From the NCBI GenBank assembly GCA_965206845.1, contig OZ242221.1, positions 640,001 to 704,000 on the forward strand: 64,000 bases of DNA, written 5' to 3'. Source of the DNA: Cenarchaeum sp. Lineage in GTDB: Archaea; Thermoproteota; Nitrososphaeria; Nitrososphaerales; Nitrosopumilaceae. Positions 31,672 to 41,820 of this stretch are shown here, piece by piece. The notes below the pieces were generated by a model. That model was not told the origin of the DNA. It searched no databases and worked only from the letters and a program-made list of their open reading frames with translations. Numbering within the stretch: the stretch's first letter is position 1; each line of letters opens with the position of its first letter. The position numbers and the translations under genes were made by a program.

Positions 31672-32589
31672 CTAGTACACCTCCGTCAGCCACCGGGAAT
31701 ATCTCATGTTCCTGCCGTTCGCTGCGTCATCATATGCGTCCATGATCTTCTGGGTAACGGGGCCGGGCCTGCCTGTGCCTATCTTCTCGCCGTCTATGCC
31801 GGTTACCGGAGTGATCTCTGCTGCCGTGCCGCACAGAAATACCTCGTCGGCCGCATACAGGTCCTGCTTGTCTATAGTCTGCACGGACGCGTCATAGCCG
31901 GTGTCCTTTGCCATCTCAAGTATGGTATCCCGGGTAATGCCCTTGAGGGCAGAAGAGCCGACCGGCGGCGTGAGCAGGCGGCCGTCCTTTATGATGAAGA
32001 TGTTCTCTCCGGGTGATTCGCTTACGTGCCCCTCGAGGTCGAGGAATATGGCCTCATCAAACCCCCTGTTCTTTGCCTCGATTGTGGCAATTATGGAGTT
32101 GAGGTAGTTTCCCCCCATCTTTGCCTGCGTGGGCGTGGATGCCGACGAGAACTTTCTCCACGACGTGATACAGGCAGAGATTCCGTTCTTGTCAAATAGA
32201 TCACTAAACGAGAACACGCACATCGCGGCATGCGTGGGGGCATCGGCGGTAACATGCAGGTTGATGCCATACTGCCCGATAAAGTAAAACGGCCTGATGT
32301 AGCAGTGCTCCCTCACCCCGTTCTTTCTGCACAGCTGAACCATTGCCTCCTTGAGCTCCTCGTTTGAAAAGTTCAGCGACATGGAATAGTATGCGCCCGA
32401 GTTCCTAAACCGCCGCAGGTGCTCGTCTATCCTGAATATGTAGAGGTTGTTGGGGTTCCAGTACGCCCGAACCCCCTCAAATACCGATGTGCCGTAGTGT
32501 ATTGCATGGGTGGTAATTGGAACCTGTGCCTGATCTATGGTAACGAGCTTGCCGTCAAACCACACGTATTTTGCCAGCGGTATCTTCAC
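31672..32589 (-). CDS. ilvE: Branched-chain amino acid aminotransferase
   Basis: HYGTSVFEG, AKMGGNY, LKGITR and GTAAEI motifs. Confidence 0.95.
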   Translation of the reverse strand: MKIPLAKYVWFDGKLVTIDQAQVPITTHAIHYGTSVFEGVRAYWNPNNLYIFRIDEHLRRFRNSGAYYSMSLNFSNEELKEAMVQLCRKNGVREHCYIRPFYFIGQYGINLHVTADAPTHAAMCVFSFSDLFDKNGISACITSWRKFSSASTPTQAKMGGNYLNSIIATIEAKNRGFDEAIFLDLEGHVSESPGENIFIIKDGRLLTPPVGSSALKGITRDTILEMAKDTGYDASVQTIDKQDLYAADEVFLCGTAAEITPVTGIDGEKIGTGRPGPVTQKIMDAYDDAANGRNMRYSRWLTEVY

Positions 32590-32618
32590 ATACGCACAAC
32601 GGCGAACGCATAATTAAT

Positions 32619-33221
32619 CTATTTTGACCATCCGTCTTTTGGAAACTTCATTCCGGCTATCCGGACGGTGCGATCCTCGGCATCTGCAAACCCCTCAACC
32701 ACGTCCCAGTGCTCCCGGACTATTCCTACCACCTCGCCCGGCACCTGCCTCTCCCAGTCCGAATCTGCACCCTTTGCGGCATCATACATCTCGCTCTTGA
32801 CTGATGATGCGGATATCGCCTTCCTGCTGCCCACGCGGGGACGGAGTCGGTACAGCTTGAGCATGTAGCCCTCGGCCCGGTCTCCCGTATACGTAAAGTA
32901 GTCGCCCCGGATGCCCGCAAGTATCTGCCTTCGAAGCCGCCAGGAGCCGGGCGAGATCAGCGGGGGCATATACCTCGAGAACGGGGCAAAGAACGCATAG
33001 TTTCGGGATACTGTAACCGTGTCGCCGAATATGGACTCGATCATCTTTTTTCTGACCTCGAATCCGAAGGGAAAGCTCCTGCTGTTGACCTCGGCATCCC
33101 CCTTCACAAAGAGGACGGGCATCACGCAAACCGAGTCTGCCTGGGCCTTCAGCTCGTTAATTATCTCCACATGGGCGCAGGTTACGGGATTCAGGTGCGC
33201 CAGATACAGTGCCGTGGTCAA
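32619..33221 (-). CDS. HIGH-type nucleotidyltransferase-like protein
   Basis: LAHLNPVTCAH (HxGH-like) and ISAS motifs. Confidence 0.7.
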   Translation of the reverse strand: MTTALYLAHLNPVTCAHVEIINELKAQADSVCVMPVLFVKGDAEVNSRSFPFGFEVRKKMIESIFGDTVTVSRNYAFFAPFSRYMPPLISPGSWRLRRQILAGIRGDYFTYTGDRAEGYMLKLYRLRPRVGSRKAISASSVKSEMYDAAKGADSDWERQVPGEVVGIVREHWDVVEGFADAEDRTVRIAGMKFPKDGWSK

Positions 33222-33262
33222 CTGTCTGCCCTAGGCGGCAGCCCGTATTTCAATAGTCCAGA

Positions 33263-33336
33263 TGGGGACGATGGGATTTGAACCCATGATCTCCAGCGCC
33301 CGAGGCTGGCAGTATACCAAGCTAACCTACGTCCCC
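33263..33336 (-). tRNA. tRNA-Pro(CGG)
   Basis: Anticodon arm CCAGC-CTCGGGC-GCTGG and GTTCAAATC. Confidence 0.95.
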
Positions 33337-33528
33337 ACAACATGGACCCTGCACCGGATAATAATTCTTTAAGTTTGAGCCCTCGATATGGGGCAACCTG
33401 TCGCGGGGGGTCGGGCGCGAAGGTCTGGCATGGCGTAAAGGCCGATCCAAATGAGAGCGGTTCTGGTCTCCGCCAAGCGCAGGGAGACGTCTGAGATGCG
33501 CGTTTGAAGGGTGTGAGTTTGTACGGCT

Positions 33529-34374
33529 CTAGCCGTAGGACTCGTACTTTACCTCAAAGCTGCCATCGCTACGTTTTCTGCGCTCGGTGACAAGTCCCCG
33601 GGGCTTTAAAAAGTCCATTACGCCGTCTATTGTTCCCTGCCATCCGCAGATGTAGAACATCGTATTGTCCTTGGTAATCTTTTCGCCCACAATCTCCTCT
33701 ACCGGTGACAGCTCGGCGCCATCCCTGGGGCGCAGAAACGTCTCCACCCTGCCTACCTGTCCGGACCACGATCTGTTGAACTGCTCCTGCGGTCTGCTTA
33801 CTGCCGCCCTGTAGGTAAAGTTCCACTTGTCCTTGCCCCGATCCTGGCTTTCATACTCTAGGTTGGTCAACAGCTCCTTGTAGCCAAGCTCGTCTACGTA
33901 GCTTGCACCGTGCAGAACGACGATCTCCCTCTTGTCCCCGGTGTCGCGCAGGTGTTGGGCATAGCTCACAAAGGGAGCAAGTCCCGTACCGCCGCCTATG
34001 CAGACTATTCTGCGGTCGTCCTTCCTGTCATCGGGAAGCTTCTCGTTAAGCGTAAAGGCGCCTGTGGGGCGAATCCAGTTTACCGTGTCACCTGCCTTGG
34101 CATTGAAGAGCTGTGTGGTAAGGCGTCCCGGTATGGGCTTGCGAACCCACCTCACGTAAAGTTCGATGTACTTGTGGTTCTCGGGGTGTGACGCTATCGA
34201 GTACGCCCTTCTTACAATTTTATTATTCTCCAGCGGGTTGGGCATTCCTACGGTAAGGAACTGGCCCGCCTTGTAGTCCGGCACCGAACCGTCGTTTGGA
34301 ACCAGCCTAAAGATCGCCAAATCTTCCTTGAACAGCTGTATGTAAGTGATAGTCGCCTTGTTCTCTACAACCAC
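33529..34374 (-). CDS. fpr: Ferredoxin-NADP+ reductase
   Basis: RAYSIAS, GGTGLAPF, YICG and terminal YESY motifs. Start reset to GTG 34374 because the longer ORF begins inside a MITE. Confidence 0.92.
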   Translation of the reverse strand: MVVENKATITYIQLFKEDLAIFRLVPNDGSVPDYKAGQFLTVGMPNPLENNKIVRRAYSIASHPENHKYIELYVRWVRKPIPGRLTTQLFNAKAGDTVNWIRPTGAFTLNEKLPDDRKDDRRIVCIGGGTGLAPFVSYAQHLRDTGDKREIVVLHGASYVDELGYKELLTNLEYESQDRGKDKWNFTYRAAVSRPQEQFNRSWSGQVGRVETFLRPRDGAELSPVEEIVGEKITKDNTMFYICGWQGTIDGVMDFLKPRGLVTERRKRSDGSFEVKYESYG

Positions 34375-34421
34375 AGATTTTTCAGACAGTCTGTGGTTAA
34401 ATATCTTATGGATCGTTGGTA

Positions 34422-34513
34422 GTACATACTCACGCCCATGATGCACCTAGTCGTAAAAACACGCGGCAGTGTGCAAAACTATGCCTAGCTTTGATCTGGA
34501 CCTGAGTATGTAC
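34422..34513. mobile_element. 92-bp MITE, family A
   Basis: Perfect 11-bp TIR GTACATACTCA and 8-bp TSD CGTTGGTA. 91/92 identical to the copy at 55468. Confidence 0.95.
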
Positions 34514-34724
34514 CGTTGGTAGGCACAGGAATCCTCCCGCATGCGTGCCTGAATTGGGCGTCTGACGCCTGTAGTACCGCTCTCCGGATTCTGGCGCCCT
34601 GCGGCAAAGGGACTGCAGGGCAAGCCGTCGCATGCACGGACGGACCGGACGCCATACTTTCAGCTACATGTTAAATATTCGATCTAAAAGGTGTATATGG
34701 CTATCTCAAATGAGACTGGCTAGT

Positions 34725-34798
34725 GGGCCGGTCGTCTAGACTGGTAGGATACGCCCTTGGCATGGGTGAGATCGAGGGTTCAAATCCCTCCCGGTCCA
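34725..34798 (+). tRNA. tRNA-Ala(GGC)
   Basis: Anticodon arm CGCCC-TTGGCAT-GGGTG and a G3:U70 pair. Confidence 0.96.
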
Positions 34799-34841
34799 TA
34801 CTTTTCAAGTAACTTTTGTAGGCTCCACGCACACAATAGGC

Positions 34842-34973
34842 ATGAAGTTGACAAAAGACGAAATCGCCAGGGCAAGGGACGCATCCCCCATGGAGCTCTT
34901 CGCGCAGGGCATACGCTCAAAGGAGACGCTGGAGAAGTACTCGAGAACCCTCCGGCAGGTGACCTGCGAGTTC
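34842..34973 (+). pseudogene. Tyrosine integrase, N-terminal fragment
   Basis: SPMELFAQGIRSKETLEKY resembles thaumarchaeal integrase N-termini. Starts 44 nt after tRNA-Ala and is cut by an IS. Confidence 0.7.
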
Positions 34974-36089
34974 CTGAGAAGTGATCCGTTATTATTTTTC
35001 AAGCCTGCCCACCCTACTTTTCAGGCCCGTTTCCGTCAGGCTGCCTGTTCTGCCAGCCACAACAGTCTTTGATTTACCAATCCGCACACGACGTCGTTGA
35101 TCCGGTCGTACTTCTTCAGCGGGTTCCGGTACACCCCGCTCATTATCCGCCAAGTCTTGACTCTCCGGATGGCATGTTCCACGTAGACGCGAATCTTTGA
35201 GTGCAGCCTGTTGAACTCTTTTTCGAGCGCCGAGAGCTTTTTTCCTGGCTTCCGCCTGATCGGTTCCATCACTTCCACCTCTTCGTACATCTTCTGCGCC
35301 CCCGGGTAGCCCCTGTCCGTATAGACCCGCACCTTTGTCTTCCCCTTCTTGCCGTCAGACCCGTCCCGGGACGGCAGGCCGGAGGGAAACGTCGGGTGCT
35401 TCATCCTGTACACCCTGACGTCGTGGACGCGTCCTGGGGAGTGCCTCGTGTTGTGGATGATCAGGCCGTTTGTGTTCACGGTGTACTGTACCTTGGCCGT
35501 GTGCCTCCCGGCCTTGCCCGAATAGTGGGACTTTTCCATGTCTTTCCGTTTGGGCCTCTGCACCTGCTGCTCCGAGGCGTCAATGAGGCACCGGAGCCCT
35601 GGAAGGATCTCCTCAAGCTCCTCAAGGGTCGAGGCCCTCTTTGCCCTGTCGTGGATCTTGGCTGGTATCGGGATGCATTGCCTGACGACCGGCGCGATCT
35701 GGTCGATGGAGCGCGATACCGTGGCCTGGCCCACCCCGAAGACCTCGGCCGCCACGTCTTGGGTGGCATACGTCCTGTAGTAGAACAGGAGGAGCAGCAC
35801 GCGGTTGCGCAGGTCGAGCGCGAATCTGCGCCCGGCCCCGATTGCGCGCCTACGAGGCCTCTTGGAGAGCCTCTCCCTCTCCACCTCGGGGTGCGCCTTC
35901 TCCACCTTTGCGAACAACAAATCAAATTCCTAGAGGGACATGCCCATGAGGGTCTTGAAACGCCTGGCGTTTCCTGACAGCTTGGTATACGATAGCATGT
36001 GACAGGCTGGATCGGACGATATTTTGATCTTACTGCCTTCCCCAGGCCGCCGCCTACGGCGAATGGGCTAATTACGAATCAGTTCTCAG
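34974..36089 (-). mobile_element. IS5-family (ISL2/DDE_Tnp_4-like) element, inactive
   Basis: 21-bp TIR CTGAGAAGTGATCCGTTATTA / TAATTACGAATCAGTTCTCAG (18/21). No matching TSD. Confidence 0.88.
35036..35998 (-). pseudogene. Transposase with in-frame TAG at codon 23
   Basis: ATG 35998 reads MLSYTKLSGNARRFKTLMGMSL*EFDLL. Downstream IDASE, HD, DRGY and R..VEHAI..VK motifs. Confidence 0.88.
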
Positions 36090-36437
36090 AACTACTTCAA
36101 GACGTCCGTGCTGGAGCTTGCGGGCGAGTACGCCGGCGTCGTGCCGGACCTGACCATAGACGACTCCGAGAGGCTCAAGCGCTCAAACAGGCGCATGTCT
36201 GCCAACATACGGGAGCTTGAGGCCAAGGATGCCCGGATAGACCAGCTGGAGAGGAAGGTGCGCAACCTGGAGGGGCTGCGCGTCGAGGCCCTCGACATGG
36301 ACAAGCTCCTCGAAGAGGCGAGCATGGACATGAGGGCGGCAACGGAGGGGATCTGGGTGGGGTTTGGGGGAATTGCGCATAAGATCTATCATACACGCCG
36401 AGAAAACGCATTCATGTTAGTCGATATTCAAATGTAA
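36090..36437 (+). pseudogene. Tyrosine integrase, C-terminal fragment
   Basis: NYFKTSVLELAGEY...PDLTIDDSERLK followed by a coiled coil. The catalytic core between the two fragments is missing. Confidence 0.7.
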
Positions 36438-36451
36438 TGTTTTAGCGGGTT

Positions 36452-36982
36452 TTAATCTAGACCGGTATTTGCAATTAAGCTGTCCCTGTCATACTGAAGG
36501 CCGCTGTCTTTTTCATATATCTGTGAGAGTATATCATAGCAGTGTATCCTGAGCCTGAGGCTGTTTATGTGATCAAGACCTCTTCCATGCTTCACATCAT
36601 TCCTAAGGGAGAGTATAATCCTCATCTTGTGTTCGAATACCTGCTTATCTATGAAGACACTTTCAAAATAACTCTTCCAGTTGTCTTTTTTTGCGATTAT
36701 CCTTCCATAGCCATCAAAATTAATGTAATGCCACACCTCATACGTCGGCTTGTTCAGTACGTCTGACATTTTTTTGGCGTCCTCGTGCCTCTTGTCCGCG
36801 TGGTTCCTTATCTCCTGCGGAATGCAGGCCTTCCACCAGTTTTTTGTGCCAGAAAGCTTGCGCACCACGAACTCTCGTGTGGTTTCCTCGAAATAGTCCA
36901 GCACTTTAGAGTCGGTCGTCAAGGCTGCATGTGTCTTATTTTTAGATGTTAAAAGTATGATGCCGGGATTGATATTGTCCAA
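36452..36982 (-). CDS. Swt1-like HEPN domain protein (possibly N-truncated)
   Basis: NWW..CIP, NW..YF..VF and RNDVKH (RxxxxH) motifs. Low GC. Confidence 0.75.
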   Translation of the reverse strand: MDNINPGIILLTSKNKTHAALTTDSKVLDYFEETTREFVVRKLSGTKNWWKACIPQEIRNHADKRHEDAKKMSDVLNKPTYEVWHYINFDGYGRIIAKKDNWKSYFESVFIDKQVFEHKMRIILSLRNDVKHGRGLDHINSLRLRIHCYDILSQIYEKDSGLQYDRDSLIANTGLD

Positions 36983-37026
36983 ATTCTAGTTTTGTCGTCT
37001 CATTTTATGTCCTTTTGTGCATGCTG

Positions 37027-37210
37027 TAGCGACACGCCAAAGTTCGTTCCAAGAAAAATGCACCAGACCGAAAACTTTGTAGATCGCTTCATTCTCTGAC
37101 ACAACATGGGTGAAACAGAGCGGAAAGAACTCAAAGAGGCATGCAGGAAGGAGAAAGATCCCATGGCGGTTGCAAGAATGCTCGCGGTGCACATGTACCC
37201 CTATGCGTAA
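37027..37210 (+). mobile_element. IS630-family left-end relic with 34-codon transposase stub
   Basis: End sequence TAGCGACACGCCAAAGTTCG. ORF 37106-37210 begins MGETERKELKEACRKEKDPMAVARMLAVHM. Confidence 0.65.
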
Positions 37211-37313
37211 TCCCTCCAAACCCCACGCCGATAAGCTTAGATCAGACACGATCACCCCACACACATATGACCAGATGCAGCATGCAAAAGGCTAGATCAT
37301 CGGGTGGCTCTTC

Positions 37314-38126
37314 TTACATCTTGTCCAGAAATTCGTGTATCTGGTCCGAGGCATCTGGAATCTTGGGATCCATGTCCTTCAGGGTGTCTGTGATGATCTT
37401 TCCCACTACCCAGTTGCGGTACCACTTGTCGTCTGCCGGTACCACGTACCACGGAGCCCACGGAGTGCTGCATCTTCCGAGCACCTGCTCGTACGCCTCC
37501 ATGTTCTTGTCCCAGTTCTTGCGTTCCTCGTAGTCTCTGCTGCTGAACTTCCAGTGTTTTTGCGGATTCGTGACCCTCTTGGCCAGCCTTCGCTTCTGCT
37601 CGTCCTTGCTTATGTGCAGGTAAAATTTCAAGGTCCGCACGCTCTCGTCCCTGAGCATCTTTTCAAAGTTGTTTATGTGCTTGTATCTCTTGGACCAGCG
37701 CTCTTCGGGCAGGAGGTTGTACACGCTGACTGACAGAATGTCGCCGTAGTGGGAGCGGTTGAATATGACGATCTCTCCGCCTGCGGGAACCACCCTGTGA
37801 ATGCGCCACAAAAAGTCGTGCTTTGCTTCCACTGAATTTGGGGCTTTGAACGACACCACCCTGCATCCCTGAGGGTTGAACCCTTGCATGACGTCGCGTA
37901 TAGTTCCGTCCTTGCCTCCTGCATCCATCGCCTGCAAGACAATCAGCAGTGCCTGCTTGCCTTCTGCAAACAGCTTGTTCTGGAGTTCGAACATCTCCTC
38001 GTGTATCTGATCCAGCTCCCGCCTTGCCTCCTCCTTCTTCACTCTTCCGCCGCCTTTAGTGCTTATCTTGCCAAGATCAACTTTGGATTCAGGCTTGATG
38101 CAAAAATCCGACTCCTTGTATGCCAA
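37314..38126 (-). CDS. ppk2: Polyphosphate kinase 2 family protein
   Basis: QAMDAGGKDG (Walker A), HDFLWR, FNRSHY, KHWKF and APWYVVPAD motifs. Confidence 0.93.
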   Translation of the reverse strand: MAYKESDFCIKPESKVDLGKISTKGGGRVKKEEARRELDQIHEEMFELQNKLFAEGKQALLIVLQAMDAGGKDGTIRDVMQGFNPQGCRVVSFKAPNSVEAKHDFLWRIHRVVPAGGEIVIFNRSHYGDILSVSVYNLLPEERWSKRYKHINNFEKMLRDESVRTLKFYLHISKDEQKRRLAKRVTNPQKHWKFSSRDYEERKNWDKNMEAYEQVLGRCSTPWAPWYVVPADDKWYRNWVVGKIITDTLKDMDPKIPDASDQIHEFLDKM

Positions 38127-38422
38127 ACAAGAATATGAAGATCAAATGTGATATAAGCATGCAGTTGTACCCTGTTCAATCTTATCTATGTGCAGCGTTT
38201 TTAAAGATTAGCTGGATTTTTCCGTGTTGCTGGATGGCCTTGGCTAGAGGTGATACTCCACTCAAAGGATGGTCGGACACTTATCTATACGAGCACTATC
38301 ACTCAGTACCATTCTTCATCCATTCATTAGGGGCAAGTCGCAGTTAGGTGACGAGCATGAAAACTCAAATTGAACACCGCACAAATCCCTAACCACAATC
38401 TCCTGACGTTCAGTCATGCGTA

Positions 38423-38596
38423 TAGCGACACGCAAAAATTCGTGCAGTGTGTAAGCAGACCGTAAGGCTTTGATACGCTTAAAAATCCACTTATGGAGTC
38501 AAATCCTTCATGGAATACACTGTTTTCTTTTGACTAGTTGTGATCGATTCCAATAGGTGCTGGTCAATGTTCTGCACGAATTTATGATCGGCGCTA
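38423..38596. mobile_element. 174-bp IS630-type MITE
   Basis: TIR TAGCG......A.AAATTCGTGCAG at both ends, each flanked by TA. The left end resembles 37027 and 48287. Confidence 0.78.
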
Positions 38597-38977
38597 TACC
38601 TGCCTGAATCGCAGGCGTACACTGCCGCCACAACTCCGAGGAGCATCGGAACTAAAATTTGTACTCTTTTCTATTTCTATCACCTCCTTTTTTTCCGTGG
38701 CAGGCTGAAGCTGCAACCATCTATCAGGGCTCGAGGCCCAGTAACACAGCAGCTCGGACTGCCCCATTCAACTAATAGGTCTCTTTGACCATGGTACGTG
38801 AGGGGTCGGCCCGCCACACTAGGTGGATAGGAGGGGTTATCATGTGTTCAACTAAGTGCAAACCTTTCCCGGTTCATTCTTCGCGTATTTGGATACTAAC
38901 TCAGATCTCTCCTTTGCCGGATGCTGGCCTGTGCATTCGATTGTGTTCTTGCGACAGGCCGCACAGCCGCCCTGCCC

Positions 38978-39403
38978 CTACTCCGGGCTCTGGATCCTTG
39001 AGGTGCCGCCGTGAGCCGCAAGGAACTCCAGCGAGCCCTCGGCACACGAGCGAACCATGGAGCTGGGATCCTTTGTAAGCTCCGTTATCTTTGCGATCCC
39101 GTCCAGATCCTTCCTGTTTGCCAGAACCAGCGCAACAAATGCCCGTACATTCTTGCGGGGCGAGCTCAAATGAGGAATTAGGATGTCAGAGATCCTGTTG
39201 CTGTTGCTCATCAGGGAGCTAAAGGCCTCCCCCCTGACCCGGATATCCGGGTCGTCAAGCATCGGTATTATGGCCTCGACAAGCTGCGGCCTGTCCGTAT
39301 CGGAGAGATCCTCTAAGACTTTGATCTTTTCTTCACGGGTGCCAGAGTCCAGTACTGCCATCAGATCGTCAACCGATCCGGATTCGGCATCAGTCTTTGC
39401 CAC
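38978..39403 (-). CDS. HEAT-repeat protein
   Basis: LDDPDIRVRGEA, KNVRAFVA and DPSSMVRSCA repeats. Start uncertain. Confidence 0.8.
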   Translation of the reverse strand: MAKTDAESGSVDDLMAVLDSGTREEKIKVLEDLSDTDRPQLVEAIIPMLDDPDIRVRGEAFSSLMSNSNRISDILIPHLSSPRKNVRAFVALVLANRKDLDGIAKITELTKDPSSMVRSCAEGSLEFLAAHGGTSRIQSPE

Positions 39404-39735
39404 AAAGCTCACCCAATATTGCCAAAGGTCGGATCTTGAATTTAAGTTGTGCCAATGCGGGTCGCAAGACTCTGCGTGTATAAGAGTGGAGCAACAGCTG
39501 CCGTGCGCGATACCGGCCTGAGCGGGCTTGGCAAAATCCGGAAGGGACACACCCACGCAAGGGCACCATGGCAGAAGAGACAGATGCTGCTGCGTCCCGG
39601 GATGCCATGATCATGCCGCCTGGTGGCCTGTCAGAGCGCGTCCCAAGCGGGATCCGGCAGCAAAAACTACGACTAGATCCAGGCAACATAAAAAAAACCC
39701 GTACTTTAAATTATACTGGAGCTGCAAACACCCTA

Positions 39736-40023
39736 ATGTCTACCGAAGCAAGAGACACCATCTACATAGGCAAGAAGCCGTTGATGGCGTATGTTACATC
39801 TACGCTCATTCAACTGACTAGCTTGCCGGCCGTTAGCATCAAGGCCAGAGGTATGAGCATCGGTCACGCAGTTGATGTGGCACAGATCATATCACGCAAG
39901 ACCGGGAGCGCCGGATACTCCATCGGAAGCATAACAATTGGCTCTGAAAGTCTAGAGTCAAAAGACGGCAAAGCAAGAAACGTATCCACCATCGATATCG
40001 AAGTAAAGAGAAACGCCTCTTAG
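39736..40023 (+). CDS. albA: DNA/RNA-binding protein Alba
   Basis: IYIGKKPLMAYV, IKARG..I..AVDVA and RNVSTIDI motifs. Confidence 0.94.
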   Translation: MSTEARDTIYIGKKPLMAYVTSTLIQLTSLPAVSIKARGMSIGHAVDVAQIISRKTGSAGYSIGSITIGSESLESKDGKARNVSTIDIEVKRNAS

Positions 40024-40049
40024 ACACTCTTTACTTGACATTTTTTATC

Positions 40050-40907
40050 CTAGACCGAGCCGTATCTCTCTTCCAGCTCTCTGAACCGGGAGAGATCCAC
40101 CAGATCGTTGAACTGCTCAAAGTCCACCATGTTCCCCTCCAGCTTCTTGGTGGTTCCAGACAGCCGGAGCTCCCTTAGAACGCCCATGGCGGCGTACGAG
40201 CTTGCAAACAGGACCGACAGCGGATACAGAATTATCTTAAATCCCATACTGTAGAGATCTTCTGCAGAGCTGATGGGCGTCGCCCCTCCCTCGATCATGT
40301 TTGCAACCAGAGGGGCCTTGATCTCCCGTCCAATCTGTTTCATCTCGTCTATGGATCTTGGAGCCTCGATGAAGATCACGTCTGCGCCAATCTTCCTGTT
40401 CTGCCTGCCTCGCTCTATGGCGGCATCTATGCCCTCAGTTGCCCTTGCATCGGTTCTGGCCACAATTACAAAGTCCTCGCTGTCCCGCGCGTCAACTGCA
40501 GCCTGGAGCTTCTCTGCATATTCTGCCTGTGGGATCACCTCCTTTCCATTCATGTGTCCGCAGCGCTTGGGCCAGCGCTGATCCTCAAGAAATATGCCCG
40601 ATGCCCCTGCGGACTCGAGATCCCTTACCAGCTTCCATACGCTGAGCGCGTTTCCGTACCCGGTGTCCGCATCCACTATAACCGGAAGCGAGACGGCCTT
40701 GCAGATTCTTCTCGCGTTCTCTGTGGTCTCGGCGGCACCTATGAACCCATAGTCGGGCATTCCAAAGAGGGTGGCGGACGTCCCATAGCCGGTCTGGAAC
40801 ATTGCATCAAACCCCACCTTCTGCACTATTTTTGCGCCCATGGCATCGTACACTCCGGGAACGACCAGCGGGCCGTCCCGGCGCAGGATCTGCTTTATGG
40901 TCTCCAC
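40050..40907 (-). CDS. Isocitrate lyase/PEP mutase family (PrpB-like)
   Basis: DADTGYG, EDQ.WPKRCGH and ARTDA motifs. Start reset to GTG 40907. Confidence 0.88.
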   Translation of the reverse strand: METIKQILRRDGPLVVPGVYDAMGAKIVQKVGFDAMFQTGYGTSATLFGMPDYGFIGAAETTENARRICKAVSLPVIVDADTGYGNALSVWKLVRDLESAGASGIFLEDQRWPKRCGHMNGKEVIPQAEYAEKLQAAVDARDSEDFVIVARTDARATEGIDAAIERGRQNRKIGADVIFIEAPRSIDEMKQIGREIKAPLVANMIEGGATPISSAEDLYSMGFKIILYPLSVLFASSYAAMGVLRELRLSGTTKKLEGNMVDFEQFNDLVDLSRFRELEERYGSV

Positions 40908-41173
40908 AGACTGCCGCGGAACGGGAGTTATTTGAAGCTTGAGTGTTTTTGCGCGCCGCATGCCACCGGCTCCGGACCGGCAGAGCCGGAGCAGACCGGA
41001 TGCAAGTGATGACAGACACGGCCAAATGCAGAAGCTTGGCCAGTGCGCGATCCCCGGCTCGGATCTGCAGAACCTGATACGGCAGGTCGGCATCTGCTGC
41101 ATCCGGAGGATCGCGCAAATACACGCGCATGTTGAAAAAGCCTAAATTGAGCACGGGTGGCATCTCACTCAAC

Positions 41174-41247
41174 GGGTCTGTAGCGCAGCCAGGTAGCGCA
41201 CCGGACTTTTAATCCGGCTGTCGTGGGTTCGAATCCCATCAGACCCG
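41174..41247 (+). tRNA. tRNA-Lys(TTT)
   Basis: Anticodon arm CCGGA-CTTTTAA-TCCGG and GTTCGAATC. Confidence 0.96.
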
Positions 41248-41790
41248 CTCTCCCTGTGGATTCGGGTTCTCCAGCACGACCCTGCCGTTTGGCATGGCGC
41301 CGACAAGCCTGAAGATCGAGTTGCTAGCAGTGCCCTCTCAGTACTTGGCCCCGCCCAAACATCCGTCGGATCTCATACCGCCGTTTCCGGGTTGACGGGA
41401 TCGGAGGCTGCAGATTCGGAGAGTCCGATAATGGCAGATCCGGGCCGGCAAACATTCCCTCCGCGCCGGGTCTGACAGACAGCGTCGCAGAACCGCCGGC
41501 CGCTTTGGGTGACCGGGCTGCGATCTGCCACAACTGCCATCAGGGAGGCAGGTGCCGTAACGGAGTCGTTTCGGGAGGCAGAACCTCGATCTGTCATACA
41601 TCGTGGGAGATCCATAGCTTGCGCCTTCTGGGATCTCGGTCATCGGTCGACACCGTATCGTGCTGCCCTTGCCGCATGCGCGTTCCGGAACTACTCGTCA
41701 CGCATGCGCATTTCTTGTCAATGCATGTGGATCGTTGGGGCGGCTCGTTGATCTGCATGTGTCAGGACTGCCCAACCTCCGGGTTAACTC

Positions 41791-41820
41791 TATATAAGAT
41801 AATGTTGCTAGTTAACATTA
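41791..41820 (+). promoter_or_regulatory. TATA box plus inverted-repeat operator upstream of abiEi
   Basis: TATATAAG at 41791, then TAATGTT-N7-AACATTA (41800-41820) ending at the start codon. Confidence 0.6.

Noticed and set aside
35930-35932. In-frame TAG in the transposase as possible recoding
   Set aside because: A single CAG-to-TAG change in a decaying island is simpler, and no recoding machinery is seen.
37027-37090. Hairpin repeats as integron attC-like sites
   Set aside because: They lack RYYYAAC/GTTRRRY cores. TA flanks and a transposase stub point to IS630 ends.
39530-39670. CCGGAAGGG as SRP helix 8, and a 16-mer shared with 20285
   Set aside because: The flanking CAGG/AGCA motifs are absent, and one 16-mer match is near chance expectation in 64 kb.
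40996-41106. Possible C/D-box sRNA (GTGATGA...CTGA inside a 9-bp IR)
   Set aside because: Box spacing is atypical and there are no clear C'/D' boxes.
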